Assembly (NCBI GenBank): GCA_965262115.1
Contig: OZ253496.1
Coordinates: 2,368,001-2,432,000 of the forward strand
DNA length: 64,000 nt
Origin: Nitrospinales bacterium
Lineage (GTDB): Bacteria; Nitrospinota; Nitrospinia; Nitrospinales; VA-1
Direction: 5' to 3'
Each line of letters starts with the position of its first letter. Within the stretch, counting starts at the first letter, position 1. The position numbers and the translations under genes were made by a program. Positions 18,116 through 28,139 of this stretch are shown in pieces. The notes beneath the pieces are model-generated. The model worked only from the letters and a program-made list of their open reading frames with translations, was not told the DNA's origin and did no database searches.

Positions 18116-19939
18116 ATGAAAAAGGTCATGTTGATATTTCCGCCGGAATGGGTGCCTACCGCCCCTTATTTGGCCCTGCCGAGCCTCGCCGCGGTTCTGC
18201 GTAAAAACGGCATAGAGACCGTGCTCAAGGACATCAATGTGGAGATGTTTGACCACTTCTTCACGTCCGGATTCCTGTTGTTTGTCAAAAGCAAAATACA
18301 AGCCCGGTTGAAAACGCTGATACAAAAAGAGTACGGAGAAGCGTTGAGTCCGGAAGACGCCGAGCTGAAACAAATGCTCAGCGACTACCAGCATATCGAC
18401 CTCGACCACCATATCAACAAAGTGGCTCGCGCCAAGAGGATCATGCGTGGGCCGGAATTTTATGAGATCGAGAAAGCCGAATGGGCGCTCAACGCTTTCA
18501 GGGAAGTGATGGAATATATTTCTGTCTGCTACTTTCCTGCCAGCATCAATTTTTATCCGGTCGAGAGCAACCTCAACGTGTACCGGCCCTGGGTTTCTGA
18601 AGACCTTTTGAAAGTGCCGCACGACAAGACTGTCAATGTTTATGCCGACATCTGCCGACAGTTGGTGTTGCGGTCGATTAAAAAAGAACAACCCGATGTC
18701 GTTGGCATTTCCATCGGCACCCCGGTGCAACTGATGGCAGGCATAACCTTTGCCACTTTGATCAAGGAGGCTTATCCCGACATCCATGTGACCGTGGGGG
18801 GCAACATCATCACCCGGCTCAAGGGTGAATTTGCGAAAAAGCCGCATTTCTTCGGCAAGGTATTCGACTCGATGATCACCTATGAGGGCGAGCACGCTTT
18901 GGTCTGGCTGGTGGAAGCGCTATCAGGCAAACGAAAAATGTCCGAAGTTTCCAACCTCATCTACAAAGATGAGGAAGGCAATATGCATGTTAACGACACC
19001 TATCAAGAACAGGTCACCGAACTGCCACCGCCAGATTTTGACGGCATGCCCTGGGAAAAATATTTTTCGCCGGAAAAACTCGTGCCCTATTTGGGCACGC
19101 GTGGCTGTTATTGGGGGAAGTGTACGTTCTGCGATCACGGTGCCGGTTATATCGACCAGTTCCGCGCCAAGCACGCCGACCAGATCGTCGATGAACTGGA
19201 ATACCTGAAAAATAAACTCAACACCAAACATTTCATGTTCACCGATGAGTCGTTTCCGCCAGCCCTGTTCATCAAACTGCCGCCGATGATGGTCGAACGT
19301 GAGCTCTATATTTACTGGACCACGCTGATCCGGTTTGAATCGCAACTGCTGGAGCCGAAGTTGTGGGACATGGCGCACAAGTCAGGTTGCCGGTCATTGT
19401 ATTACGGGCTGGAGTCGGCCAACGAACGCATCATCAAATTGGTTAAGAAAGATACCGATATAGAAGCGGCAAAAATCAACCTGACACAGGCCAAGCGGGT
19501 GGGTATCTGGAGCCACGTGATGTGTTTTTACGGATTCCCCTCAGAAACCGAAGCGGAGGCTGAAGACACGCGGCAGTTCCTGCTGCAGAATCAGGATATG
19601 ATTCCATCGGTCGAGATGTATTTTTTCGTGCTCTATAAAAACGCGCCGGTGATGTTCCAGAAGGATGAGTACAAGATTACAGTGAAGGATAACCCCGAGC
19701 ACGACCTGGCTTTGGATTATTATTACACTCCGGAGTCGGGCCAGACCACCGAAGAGGCGATGACGCGTTACGAAAACTTTTATCGTGACGATTTTGATCC
19801 ATGGGCAATGCGCATCAATGCCCGTGAACATGTGTTCCTCTACATCACGCATTTCGGCACCAGCGATTTGCCCCACCTTTACGTGAAAAACGATCCCGAA
19901 TCCCACGAACGCAGCATGGCTCCTGAACTGATGCTGTAG
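18116..19939 (+). CDS. B12-binding domain radical SAM protein
   Basis: N-terminal PYLALPSLAAVL, VTVGG; RGCYWGKCTFC (CxxxCxxC); GLES. Confidence 0.9.
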   Translation: MKKVMLIFPPEWVPTAPYLALPSLAAVLRKNGIETVLKDINVEMFDHFFTSGFLLFVKSKIQARLKTLIQKEYGEALSPEDAELKQMLSDYQHIDLDHHINKVARAKRIMRGPEFYEIEKAEWALNAFREVMEYISVCYFPASINFYPVESNLNVYRPWVSEDLLKVPHDKTVNVYADICRQLVLRSIKKEQPDVVGISIGTPVQLMAGITFATLIKEAYPDIHVTVGGNIITRLKGEFAKKPHFFGKVFDSMITYEGEHALVWLVEALSGKRKMSEVSNLIYKDEEGNMHVNDTYQEQVTELPPPDFDGMPWEKYFSPEKLVPYLGTRGCYWGKCTFCDHGAGYIDQFRAKHADQIVDELEYLKNKLNTKHFMFTDESFPPALFIKLPPMMVERELYIYWTTLIRFESQLLEPKLWDMAHKSGCRSLYYGLESANERIIKLVKKDTDIEAAKINLTQAKRVGIWSHVMCFYGFPSETEAEAEDTRQFLLQNQDMIPSVEMYFFVLYKNAPVMFQKDEYKITVKDNPEHDLALDYYYTPESGQTTEEAMTRYENFYRDDFDPWAMRINAREHVFLYITHFGTSDLPHLYVKNDPESHERSMAPELML

Positions 19940-20072
19940 GTCGGGTCCGCCCGACAGTGAATAGGCCTTTACTCCCCAAGTCCAGTCTTGCAGCCACCCG
20001 AATTAGATTGATTTAATGATATGTTATGATAATATAGTATATTATAATGAATAAATTGGTCGGGGGTATTTC

Positions 20073-20321
20073 ATGGCGAAGGCATCAGCAAGAATTTCAT
20101 TTGTAACTGCGAAAGGGAAGCGCAAAAAGCTAGACCAGATAGCGGGAGCTTTTGGGACCAACCTTAGTTCTGTTATCAATGATGCGCTGGACCAATATAT
20201 AGATTTGCACCAATGGCAGTTGGCTCATATTGAAAAGGGAGTTAAGGCAGCTAAAAAAGGCGACTTTGCGTCCGATAAAGAAGCGGACACGTTTTTCAAC
20301 AAATATGGGCGAACTTCATGA
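20073..20321 (+). CDS. CopG/RHH-type antitoxin
   Basis: 82 aa, LDQIA...SSVINDALDQYI...WQLAHIEKG..GDFASD; overlaps the toxin start (ATGA). Confidence 0.8.
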   Translation: MAKASARISFVTAKGKRKKLDQIAGAFGTNLSSVINDALDQYIDLHQWQLAHIEKGVKAAKKGDFASDKEADTFFNKYGRTS

Positions 20322-20599
20322 GGGTTAGTTGGACCCGGCAGGCGTTGGATGACCTGCGCCATCTGCATGAGTACATCTCCGAAGAGAGTCCTCAGGCCGC
20401 AGGCGAGATGGTTTCACGCATCCATCAAGCGGCTACTGTCAATCTGAAAGAGCACCCCAGAATGGGTAAAAAAGGACGCGTTCCCGGCACCCGCGAACTT
20501 GTGCTTGCCGGTACGCCTTATCTGCTGGTATATGTTTTGGCAGAGCCTGAAATCCACATTGTCACTGTCCTCCATGCTTCCCGCCGCTGGCCTGATTAA
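20318..20599 (+). CDS. RelE/ParE family toxin
   Basis: WTRQALDDL..YI, PRMGKKGRVPGTREL, PYLLVY, VLHASR. Confidence 0.88.
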   Translation: MRVSWTRQALDDLRHLHEYISEESPQAAGEMVSRIHQAATVNLKEHPRMGKKGRVPGTRELVLAGTPYLLVYVLAEPEIHIVTVLHASRRWPD

Positions 20600-20611
20600 T
20601 TCCTGCTTACA

Positions 20612-20702
20612 CATTTCGGCACCATCGATCTGCCGCACCTCTTATGTAAAAAACGATCCTGAATCCCACGAACGCAGCATGGCCCCCGAACTGATGCTCT
20701 AG
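20612..20702 (+). repeat. Diverged direct copy of the radical SAM gene 3' end (19850-19939)
   Basis: ~90-bp alignment with 10 substitutions and one 1-nt insertion. Confidence 0.92.
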
Positions 20703-20820
20703 CGGCTAGGCGCCGCAGCCAGTGAGCCCCTGAAGTCATGTCATGCTGAGGCCCTCGAAGCATCCTCCTTTGTCATCCTGAGCCTTCCGTGATATCCCCC
20801 AACCTATAACATCATGAGCG

Positions 20821-20859
20821 TGTGATATTTCTTCCATCGGTTCGTGCCCCGAAGGGGTA
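20821..20859 (-). repeat. ~40-nt TACCCC unit copy (exact IS110 target)
   Basis: rc TACCCCTTCGGGGCACGAACCGATGGAAGAAATATCACA. Confidence 0.85.
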
Positions 20860-20864
20860 CTCAC

Positions 20865-20895
20865 GCAGGTGTCCTAACCGCTAGACGAAGGGGCC
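20865..20895 (-). pseudogene. 5' fragment of a tRNA-Glu-like gene
   Basis: rc GGCCCCTTCGTCTAGCGGTTAGGACACCTGC = acceptor 5' strand, D arm and anticodon-stem 5' strand; no 3' half. Confidence 0.6.
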
Positions 20896-21198
20896 GGAAT
20901 AACCAACAGGAGTGGATCGCCGCGCCGTTTTTACCGGCTCGCTATGACGAACACCTCGACCCTTCGACGTGCTCAGGGTGACAAGCTAACCCACTCAATC
21001 CCATCGAACAAGACGTATTCCTATTGTTCGAGTTATCAAGGGGAGGTTTAAAAGTCCACACCCCTCCCAGCCTCCCCTCATGATAGGGGAGGAGTTTTTT
21101 TTATCTGTGTGAATCTGTGGTTAAAAAAGGTTTTCACTGGCCCCACGCTTTGGCAGTCGCGTTAGCGTTTCTGCCCACGTTGGCCCTACGCCTAGTAG

Positions 21199-23160
21199 CT
21201 AGTTGTCGCGGCGGAAGCCGCGCATTTGTGGCAGGGTGCCATCGAAGTCGCTTGTTGCTTGATCTGAGGCGGGTTGGATTTCTTTCTTCTCTTCCGGAGC
21301 TTTTTTCTCCAACAGAAAAACGCAGAGGTCGGGGTGGACCTGATTTTCAGGGCACATTTTCAGGTGCTGCCGGAAAAACGGCATGTTGTGGATCGGGTCG
21401 TTATAAAGCGTATCCAACCAGTAATGCTCGAACAGTCCGCCTAACGGGCGCGGTCCGACCAGGTAGAGGAACCCGCCGGGCAGGAGCGCTCCGGTCAAGG
21501 CTTTCAACATGTTTTCGCAGGCTTCGCGGTCGGGATGATACATGAACGGAATCCATTTAAAGATCAGCCCGTATTGGGTGCTGTAGGCGTGGGCGATATG
21601 CTCTGCTTCCGGCAGGAACGAAACTTTTTCTAGATTGTCCAGCTGGTCGCGTGACGCAGCGTAGTTCCACAACAATTGCGCGTTTTTCTGTGCAAATTCC
21701 GCATCGCTGAACAGCACGGTGTATTCGCGCTCTTTGGTGCAGTCGATGCAACCAGCCAGCACGGTGTCGAAAGTGTGGATGAGCACCTTGTCAATTTTTT
21801 CCAGCCGATGCGGCATAGCCGGTGTCATTTCCATATAGTAAAAAATCTGATCGAGCACCATGGGTTGCAGCGCGGATTCTTCAATGTCGGCGGCGCCTTC
21901 TGGATAAAATGGAACCGTGTATTGCACCTTGACCGGATCGACCACCGGCGGTTCGCCGTTGAAGAACCATTTCCAGGTGAAGGGATACTTGGCTGGCGAT
22001 TTGGTCGAATAGGTCTGTGGGCGCAGGTTCCATTTTGGCTCAAAAGCAATCTCTCTTCCGCGTTCGCCTTCGAGCAGGGTGAACGATTGCGTGCCGACTC
22101 TGACTTCCCGCTCGATGGGGGGTTTTTTCACGCCTCCACAATTGGTGAAAGGGAAAGTGATGGGATCGTCGTAAGCCGTAACTTTGTAAAGGTAGCCGTC
22201 CTGCGCGGTGATGACCACCTTCTGGATGTCGCTGAAATAGCGTACTGGCGCGTGTTTTTGCGCTGTCCAGGTGATCTCGTGCGAAGTCATAGGTTCCATA
22301 AATATTTTTTTGATGTCTTTGCCTTCCGGTCCCTGCGGTTCAAAAAACGCCGAGAAAATGTTGAACGCCTCTTTCGAGGGGTAAGTGTGAAGGCCGCGAT
22401 ACTTCAAGGGCGGGAGTTGTTTTTCCCGCGACTGGTCGTTATAGATGCCCCAGATGAACTCGAACACAGCCCCGCCGGTTCCCGCCAAAGTGGACTGGAA
22501 CAGCTCAACGACAGGAATCAGGTCGATTTGGGCCCAGTTGACCTGAAACATGAAACTGATGAACAGGGATTTGTCGAACGTGCCATCGTGCAGGGCGTAG
22601 AGTCCGTCTTTAGTGAGCTGGATATTGTATTTTCCGTCTCCCTGATGAACCATGTGTTCATCATCATAAAAATATTTCACTTCGGAGAATGGCACCCGCC
22701 AGGCTTCGGCGGCTTTTTCGCGCAGGTTATCGAGCGACATTTTTTCCCAACCTTCGTGAGTGCTGATATCGATTTGTGTCTGGAAGGTTTTGGCGCGGGG
22801 TTTGATGCCGACCCATTGCCGGTTGTCGAGTTGCATCCTGGCCAGTGCCAGTTGCTGGGCTCCTGTTTTATCGTCCTGGGTCCACAGGGCTTCGTGCAGA
22901 GGATTTCCTTCCGGATCGGTGCAGAGAAAACGCCTGCCTTCTTCGTTGTAGAAGACGATATGCCCGGTCGGGGTGACGATGATACGGGTATTGGCGATGT
23001 TGGCAGACCCGTTTTCGAACAGCAGGGTGCTTCCATCCTGTTCCTGGGATTCCAGATTGGGGACTTTCTTTTCCAAATCTGTGGCAAATTCAAGATTACC
23101 GGCGAAGATCAATGAACCTTCCCGGGTCAATGCATGGATCAGGTTGTCTGTTTTTATCAC
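21199..23160 (-). CDS. Large hypothetical protein, weak methyltransferase-like C-terminus
   Basis: ~650-aa ORF; GTG start after GGAGGA; ALLPGGFLYL motif. Confidence 0.7.
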   Translation of the reverse strand: MIKTDNLIHALTREGSLIFAGNLEFATDLEKKVPNLESQEQDGSTLLFENGSANIANTRIIVTPTGHIVFYNEEGRRFLCTDPEGNPLHEALWTQDDKTGAQQLALARMQLDNRQWVGIKPRAKTFQTQIDISTHEGWEKMSLDNLREKAAEAWRVPFSEVKYFYDDEHMVHQGDGKYNIQLTKDGLYALHDGTFDKSLFISFMFQVNWAQIDLIPVVELFQSTLAGTGGAVFEFIWGIYNDQSREKQLPPLKYRGLHTYPSKEAFNIFSAFFEPQGPEGKDIKKIFMEPMTSHEITWTAQKHAPVRYFSDIQKVVITAQDGYLYKVTAYDDPITFPFTNCGGVKKPPIEREVRVGTQSFTLLEGERGREIAFEPKWNLRPQTYSTKSPAKYPFTWKWFFNGEPPVVDPVKVQYTVPFYPEGAADIEESALQPMVLDQIFYYMEMTPAMPHRLEKIDKVLIHTFDTVLAGCIDCTKEREYTVLFSDAEFAQKNAQLLWNYAASRDQLDNLEKVSFLPEAEHIAHAYSTQYGLIFKWIPFMYHPDREACENMLKALTGALLPGGFLYLVGPRPLGGLFEHYWLDTLYNDPIHNMPFFRQHLKMCPENQVHPDLCVFLLEKKAPEEKKEIQPASDQATSDFDGTLPQMRGFRRDN

Positions 23161-23258
23161 GTGAGTTCCTCCCACTCCGCGTGGGGCGAATTAGCAATCC
23201 ACTCCGCGTGGAGCGAATTAGCAATAGCATTCTCTGGCTAGCAACAAGTTGTCGCGGT

Positions 23259-23297
23259 TGTTATATTCTTCCTAAACTTTCATGCCCCGTAGGGGTA
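23259..23297 (-). repeat. ~40-nt TACCCC unit copy
   Basis: rc TACCCCTACGGGGCATGAAAGTTTAGGAAGAATATAACA. Confidence 0.85.
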
Positions 23298-23446
23298 TTT
23301 ATGAGTTCTCACCCAATTCTCTCCGGGCATGGCCAGCGCCAAAAGAGGGCAGTTTATAATAATGCTGGCACTCCCGCAAGGTAAAGTTGCTACGGGGCCT
23401 CAATTATCCGGAAATCCAGCGCCCACTCGGCGTACCCCTTAAGGGC

Positions 23447-23615
23447 GAGACCTTTGCATAAGTCAAAAAATCGAAGAATCGAGATGCTTCGAGATACCCC
23501 TACGGGGCAAGAAGGCAAAGGTCGAATATTCACTAGCTCAGCATGACAATACTGGGCCATTTTGTCATTCTGAGGAGCTATTGCAACGAAGAATCTTGGG
23601 TTATGCAAAGCTCTC
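23447..23615. mobile_element. MITE copy 1 (15-bp TIR, 9-bp TSD), inserted in a 40-nt unit (23433-23650) and containing another (23495-23533)
   Basis: GAGACCTTTGCATAA...TTATGCAAAGCTCTC; flanks CTTAAGGGC/CTTCAGGGC. Confidence 0.8.
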
Positions 23616-23741
23616 CTTCAGGGCATGAAGGTTGATGAGGGGTCATAACATTGCTACCCGCGGACAATGTTAATAAGGCCGAGAACCTATTGAGGGCAAG
23701 ATAAAGATATTGCCAGTTGCCAGTGGAGGTTTTCCACTTTG

Positions 23742-23770
23742 TTGACAGGAAGCCGGATGCCCTCTATAAT
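23742..23770 (+). promoter_or_regulatory. Consensus sigma70 promoter upstream of the TPR gene
   Basis: TTGACA-17 bp-TATAAT exact. Confidence 0.75.
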
Positions 23771-23905
23771 TCATAACCTAAATCCGTGAAATATAAGCTG
23801 TTTCCAACCGTTGCCGATTTGGCCTGATCGGGATGATTGAGGCCTTTATACTGGGGAAACGTTTTCGTATTTTTATTACAAACGCATTTTTGTGAAGGTG
23901 GGGAT

Positions 23906-26506
23906 ATGGAAGAGGGTAGAAAGTTTGAGAAGCTGGGTTATGAGAATTTGCAGAAAAACAACATTGAGGAGGCGGAATCCAACTTCCTTGAAGCGTTGAA
24001 GCATATGGAAAAAGAAGGGGACGACACAGGCCAGGCTTATGTGCTGGGGAATCTGGGCAATATTTGTTTTCAAAGCAAAAAGTTTGATAAGGCAGAGGAT
24101 TTTTATTCCCGCTCCTTGACCTATATGGAAAAACTCAAGGATGCCAAAGGGATCGAAAGCTCCCTCGGCAACCTCGGTAGCGTTTATTTTTATCAGGGAA
24201 GTCTGGAAAAGGCTGAAGAAAGTTACCTGAGAGCCTTGCAGATCATGGTTGAGGCCAATGATCCACTTGGGCAGGGCATCTACAACGAATATCTGGGCAA
24301 CACCAGCCTGAAAAAAGAAGACGTGGAACAGGCCATTGGTTATTACCAGAAAGCCAAAGAGTTCATGGAGTTGGCAAAGCAGGATGAACGAAAAATCCAG
24401 CAACTGGAAGGCAGAATCGACTCTCTCCACAAACACCCCATATATTTAGAGAAGAACGAATCCGCTCTGCTGGCCGACGTGGAGTCGCTCGCATCAACCG
24501 GACAAAAGACTCAGGTCATCGCCAAACTGCAGGATCTGGAAGAACTCTATTTCCAATGGAAACGGATGGACAAAGTGGCAGAGACCATACAAAAAACCAT
24601 CACTGTGCTGGAAGACAAGGGGGACAAGACCTCGGCGGGAATCTGTTATGCAAACCTGGCCGGGATATACCTGCAAATGGCCAGTGAAGGGCAAACGGGA
24701 AAAGTCGATGAGGCCGAAGCCAATTTTAAAAAATCTCTGGAGGTGATCGGGGATTCTGACAAGCGCAGAAACTCGTATCTGTTGGGGAGCCTGGGAAATA
24801 TTTATCTCAACAAAAACCAGCTCAATCTGGCTTGGGAAAATTATGAGAAATCCCTCAAGGCCATGCAGGAGCTGGGTGACGGATTAGGGGAAGCTAGAGG
24901 CTATGCCAACCTGGGTAATGTCAAAAGTTTGCAGAAAAACTGGGACGGCGCTCAGGAGCAGTATTTCAAAGCCCTGGAACTGATGGAGAAACAGGAGAAC
25001 CGACCTGGAATAGCCCAGCAATGTGAATCGCTGGGAGATATTTTTATGAAGAAAGAAGAGTTTGACAAGGCGGAAGATCACCTGATGCGGGCCAGCGATT
25101 TGTATGAAGCTATGAAAGAGCAGGGATCGGTTCAGGAGGTGCAGAACAAATTGATGCTCATCTTCTCCCAACCTAAATATCTGAACAATAGAAAACAGCA
25201 GATCCGCGAAGCTCTGAAGAAGCCGGAAGTCGAGAAGGACAGCAAGCTCAAGCTGGCCTTGTTGACCGACTTGGGCAATGTTTTGTTCATGGCTAATGAC
25301 TGGGATGAAGCGGGTGATGTGGGCAAGGAAACCATTTCTATTCATGAAAAGTCCGGGGACAAAGGTGCATTGAGCGCGGCCCTGGGGAACCTGGGCAGCA
25401 CCATGATGGAAAAGCGGGATTATGCCGGAGCAGAAGAAAACTATGCTCGCGCCATCGTGCTCAAGGAGGAATTGAAAGACCAAAAAGGTCTTCAGGATTT
25501 ACATGACAGTTACCTGAACGTCCTGATCATGGCGGGAAAAATGGCTGATGCCGAAAAGCTGGTCAAAAAATCCCTGAAGGTTCACCAGGACAACAAAAAC
25601 ATGCCTGGAGTTATGTTTGAATATCGCAACTTGGGAAATATCAGTTTGCAGAAAACCGACTGGTTCAATGCCGAGAAAAATTATTTGAAGGCCTTGGAAA
25701 TCAATACCCAGTCCGGTAACAAGGCGGAGATGGCAGAAGATAACAGAAATATTTATAACCTTTATCTGCAAAAAGACGACTGGACCCAAGCGGAAAAATT
25801 TGCCCTGAAAGCCTTGGCGATTTCGGAGGAAATCAAGGACCATCGCAATGTTTGTTTCGATTGCCGCATTCTCTCAAATATCTATGTCGAAAAAAAGGAG
25901 CGTTCCAAGCAGGAGGTCTATTATAAAAAGGCTCTGGAAAATTCGCAGATTCTTAATGATCCGAAGGAGATTCTCATCGACCTCAGGCATTTGGGCAAGT
26001 TCAATATGGAACGAGGTTACAGGGAAAAGGCCGGGGAAAACTTCAAAAAAGCTTTTGACCTCTCCAGCCAGTTGAATGACAAAAAAGAAATTGCCGAAGA
26101 TTATCGTAATATTGGCAATCTCACCTTCAGCAATGGCGAACGCAAAGAAGCCGAAAAGTCCTATCTGAAGGCTTTGGAACTTACCCGCGAGATTGGGGAT
26201 TTTAAAGGGGCCGGTCAGGACTTTACCTACCTGGGTAACTTGAAGTTTAAAGATTGTTTGTTTGAGGAAGCGGAAAGCTATTTCGCCCAGGCCGACAGTT
26301 GTTTTGAGAAGACCAGCAATTGGACCAGCCTGACTCAGTTTTACCTGACGGTGGCCCGAATGGAGATTCTGGTTTCCCGCTACGATCAGGCGGACGAATA
26401 CATCAGTAAAGCCAGAAAGATTGCCAAAGACCTGGGTGATCCCGAGCAGATCATGAAAGCGATTCAGGAGATCGAAAAACTAAAAGACTCGGTCGATAAG
26501 AAATAG
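23906..26506 (+). CDS. Large tetratricopeptide-repeat protein
   Basis: Many NLGN.Y...A...Y.KAL repeats over ~866 aa. Confidence 0.88.
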   Translation: MEEGRKFEKLGYENLQKNNIEEAESNFLEALKHMEKEGDDTGQAYVLGNLGNICFQSKKFDKAEDFYSRSLTYMEKLKDAKGIESSLGNLGSVYFYQGSLEKAEESYLRALQIMVEANDPLGQGIYNEYLGNTSLKKEDVEQAIGYYQKAKEFMELAKQDERKIQQLEGRIDSLHKHPIYLEKNESALLADVESLASTGQKTQVIAKLQDLEELYFQWKRMDKVAETIQKTITVLEDKGDKTSAGICYANLAGIYLQMASEGQTGKVDEAEANFKKSLEVIGDSDKRRNSYLLGSLGNIYLNKNQLNLAWENYEKSLKAMQELGDGLGEARGYANLGNVKSLQKNWDGAQEQYFKALELMEKQENRPGIAQQCESLGDIFMKKEEFDKAEDHLMRASDLYEAMKEQGSVQEVQNKLMLIFSQPKYLNNRKQQIREALKKPEVEKDSKLKLALLTDLGNVLFMANDWDEAGDVGKETISIHEKSGDKGALSAALGNLGSTMMEKRDYAGAEENYARAIVLKEELKDQKGLQDLHDSYLNVLIMAGKMADAEKLVKKSLKVHQDNKNMPGVMFEYRNLGNISLQKTDWFNAEKNYLKALEINTQSGNKAEMAEDNRNIYNLYLQKDDWTQAEKFALKALAISEEIKDHRNVCFDCRILSNIYVEKKERSKQEVYYKKALENSQILNDPKEILIDLRHLGKFNMERGYREKAGENFKKAFDLSSQLNDKKEIAEDYRNIGNLTFSNGERKEAEKSYLKALELTREIGDFKGAGQDFTYLGNLKFKDCLFEEAESYFAQADSCFEKTSNWTSLTQFYLTVARMEILVSRYDQADEYISKARKIAKDLGDPEQIMKAIQEIEKLKDSVDKK

Positions 26507-26736
26507 TTCCAGTCGTAAAACGAGTGAGTTTTGTAGGAGAATTCCTACACGGGGTTCTAGAATGTAAAATGCAAGCTTTTTCGGCTTTAAAGATATAAAA
26601 AATAAAGGCCATTTGTCTTGACACAGGCCTTTAAAAGGAGATAAATTACCATATCGCAGGCTTTAAATTCAAGGGGCTGACTTTGTCTTGGCGAGCCCTG
26701 TTTCTCATATTTTTAACCCTATATTTGTGTGAATGA

Positions 26737-27939
26737 ATGAAGGTCAGTTATAGTGCTCAATTAATGGAAGAGTCTGTTTTTCGGCATCTTAATCATTTGG
26801 AAAGGTCAGGTTATCGTTCCGATTATGATGAGTTTCATTCCCTCGCCGATCCTATTTATGAACTTCCGGAAGATGACCGGGAGACCGCCTTTGAAAAGGT
26901 CAACCGCCTGTTTTTTCTTGAGAGGTTAAAGCTGGGAGATCACGTGTTGCGTGCTCTGGAAGCGGTAGGTCTCATTCCTAAACGCCAGCGTACGGTTAGA
27001 AAGTCGGCTCTGGTTCAAAAACCCGAGTCAGAAGAGCCGGAAGCTTTGGAAGCTGCGCCGGAAGAAGAATTGGAACAACAGGAGGAAGCCAGCGCTGAAG
27101 GGGAAGATATTGAGGCGGAAGAAGGGATGACTGCAATTGCTGAAACGGAAGGAGATGAGCCCGAAGATGATGAGCCCGAACAAAATGACGAAATCGCCTA
27201 TGATCTGGCGCGTGAATTTGAGGAGCGCATCAAGGAAGTGGTGGTGAAACGAGGCATCAATAAAGTGGATGAAGGCTCCAATGTTATCAACCGGGTTTCC
27301 GGGAATCCCATCATTGAGATGAGGGTTCTGGCGAGCCGGTTCAGCAACCCTGAAGAAGCTCAGGAACTCGATGCCTTCCTGATCCATGAGTTTATGCACG
27401 CCAAAGATATGGTCGACCCCGAGTTCGATTACGAAGACGCTTTTATCCCCGGTAACCCATCCGTGAAAAACCTCATCACGGCGAGGTTCAAGCTTTTGTG
27501 GAATATGTATGTGGATTCCCGGCTGGCACGCATGGGTGTTGTTTCCGTTCTGCCTAAGGAATCGCGTTACCGCGAATTCGATAACTTTTACCGTAAGATC
27601 CCGGACAAGCAGAGAAGGGGAATTTTTGAAGGGCTTTGGGTGACGGAGAAGCTGACCCACGAAGAGTTACTCTCCATGGCCACCGACCTCGATACCCTGA
27701 TGAGTAAATATGTTGATCCGGGAGAGATGACGGATGAAGAAAAAGATTACATCCATCTGCAAGGATCGCCTTGTCCGCTCTGTAAATTCCCGACCTATAA
27801 CTGGGTCGACGATCCGGAAAGTATTTGTGATGAGATGGTGATCGAAGCCATTCAGATCGACTTCCCGGACTGGGAAAGCAGAGACGGGGGTTGTGATCGT
27901 TGCATTGAGGTTTATGAATTAAGGGCTGGTGTAGGTTAA
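26737..27939 (+). CDS. Hypothetical protein with HExxH motif, acidic insert and C-terminal CxxC/CxxC
   Basis: HEFMH; CPLCKFPT...CDRC. Confidence 0.7.
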   Translation: MKVSYSAQLMEESVFRHLNHLERSGYRSDYDEFHSLADPIYELPEDDRETAFEKVNRLFFLERLKLGDHVLRALEAVGLIPKRQRTVRKSALVQKPESEEPEALEAAPEEELEQQEEASAEGEDIEAEEGMTAIAETEGDEPEDDEPEQNDEIAYDLAREFEERIKEVVVKRGINKVDEGSNVINRVSGNPIIEMRVLASRFSNPEEAQELDAFLIHEFMHAKDMVDPEFDYEDAFIPGNPSVKNLITARFKLLWNMYVDSRLARMGVVSVLPKESRYREFDNFYRKIPDKQRRGIFEGLWVTEKLTHEELLSMATDLDTLMSKYVDPGEMTDEEKDYIHLQGSPCPLCKFPTYNWVDDPESICDEMVIEAIQIDFPDWESRDGGCDRCIEVYELRAGVG

Positions 27940-28139
27940 CCAGCCTTTTTTTGTGTTTATAAGTAGTTCACACATATTACGGTTGAAGAGTCTTTCTATG
28001 TACGGCCCGAAAAACATCCGGGTGCAATCGTAAGGAGCAATACGACGCTATGCTGGCAGTAGCGTGAATCAATTCGGTTTCGTGGTGGGGCATTCGAGTC
28101 TCGCCAGGAATCCGGTTAATACGCAACAAGGAGATTAAA

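Noticed and set aside
21676..23115. 479-aa antisense ORF and similar shadow ORFs (62887-63783, 18050-18895, 15209-16012)
   Set aside because: They lie antisense to better supported genes and have no motifs
23172..23225. 27-bp near-perfect tandem duplication
   Set aside because: Local duplication of the end of the stop-codon-associated repeat, not a separate system
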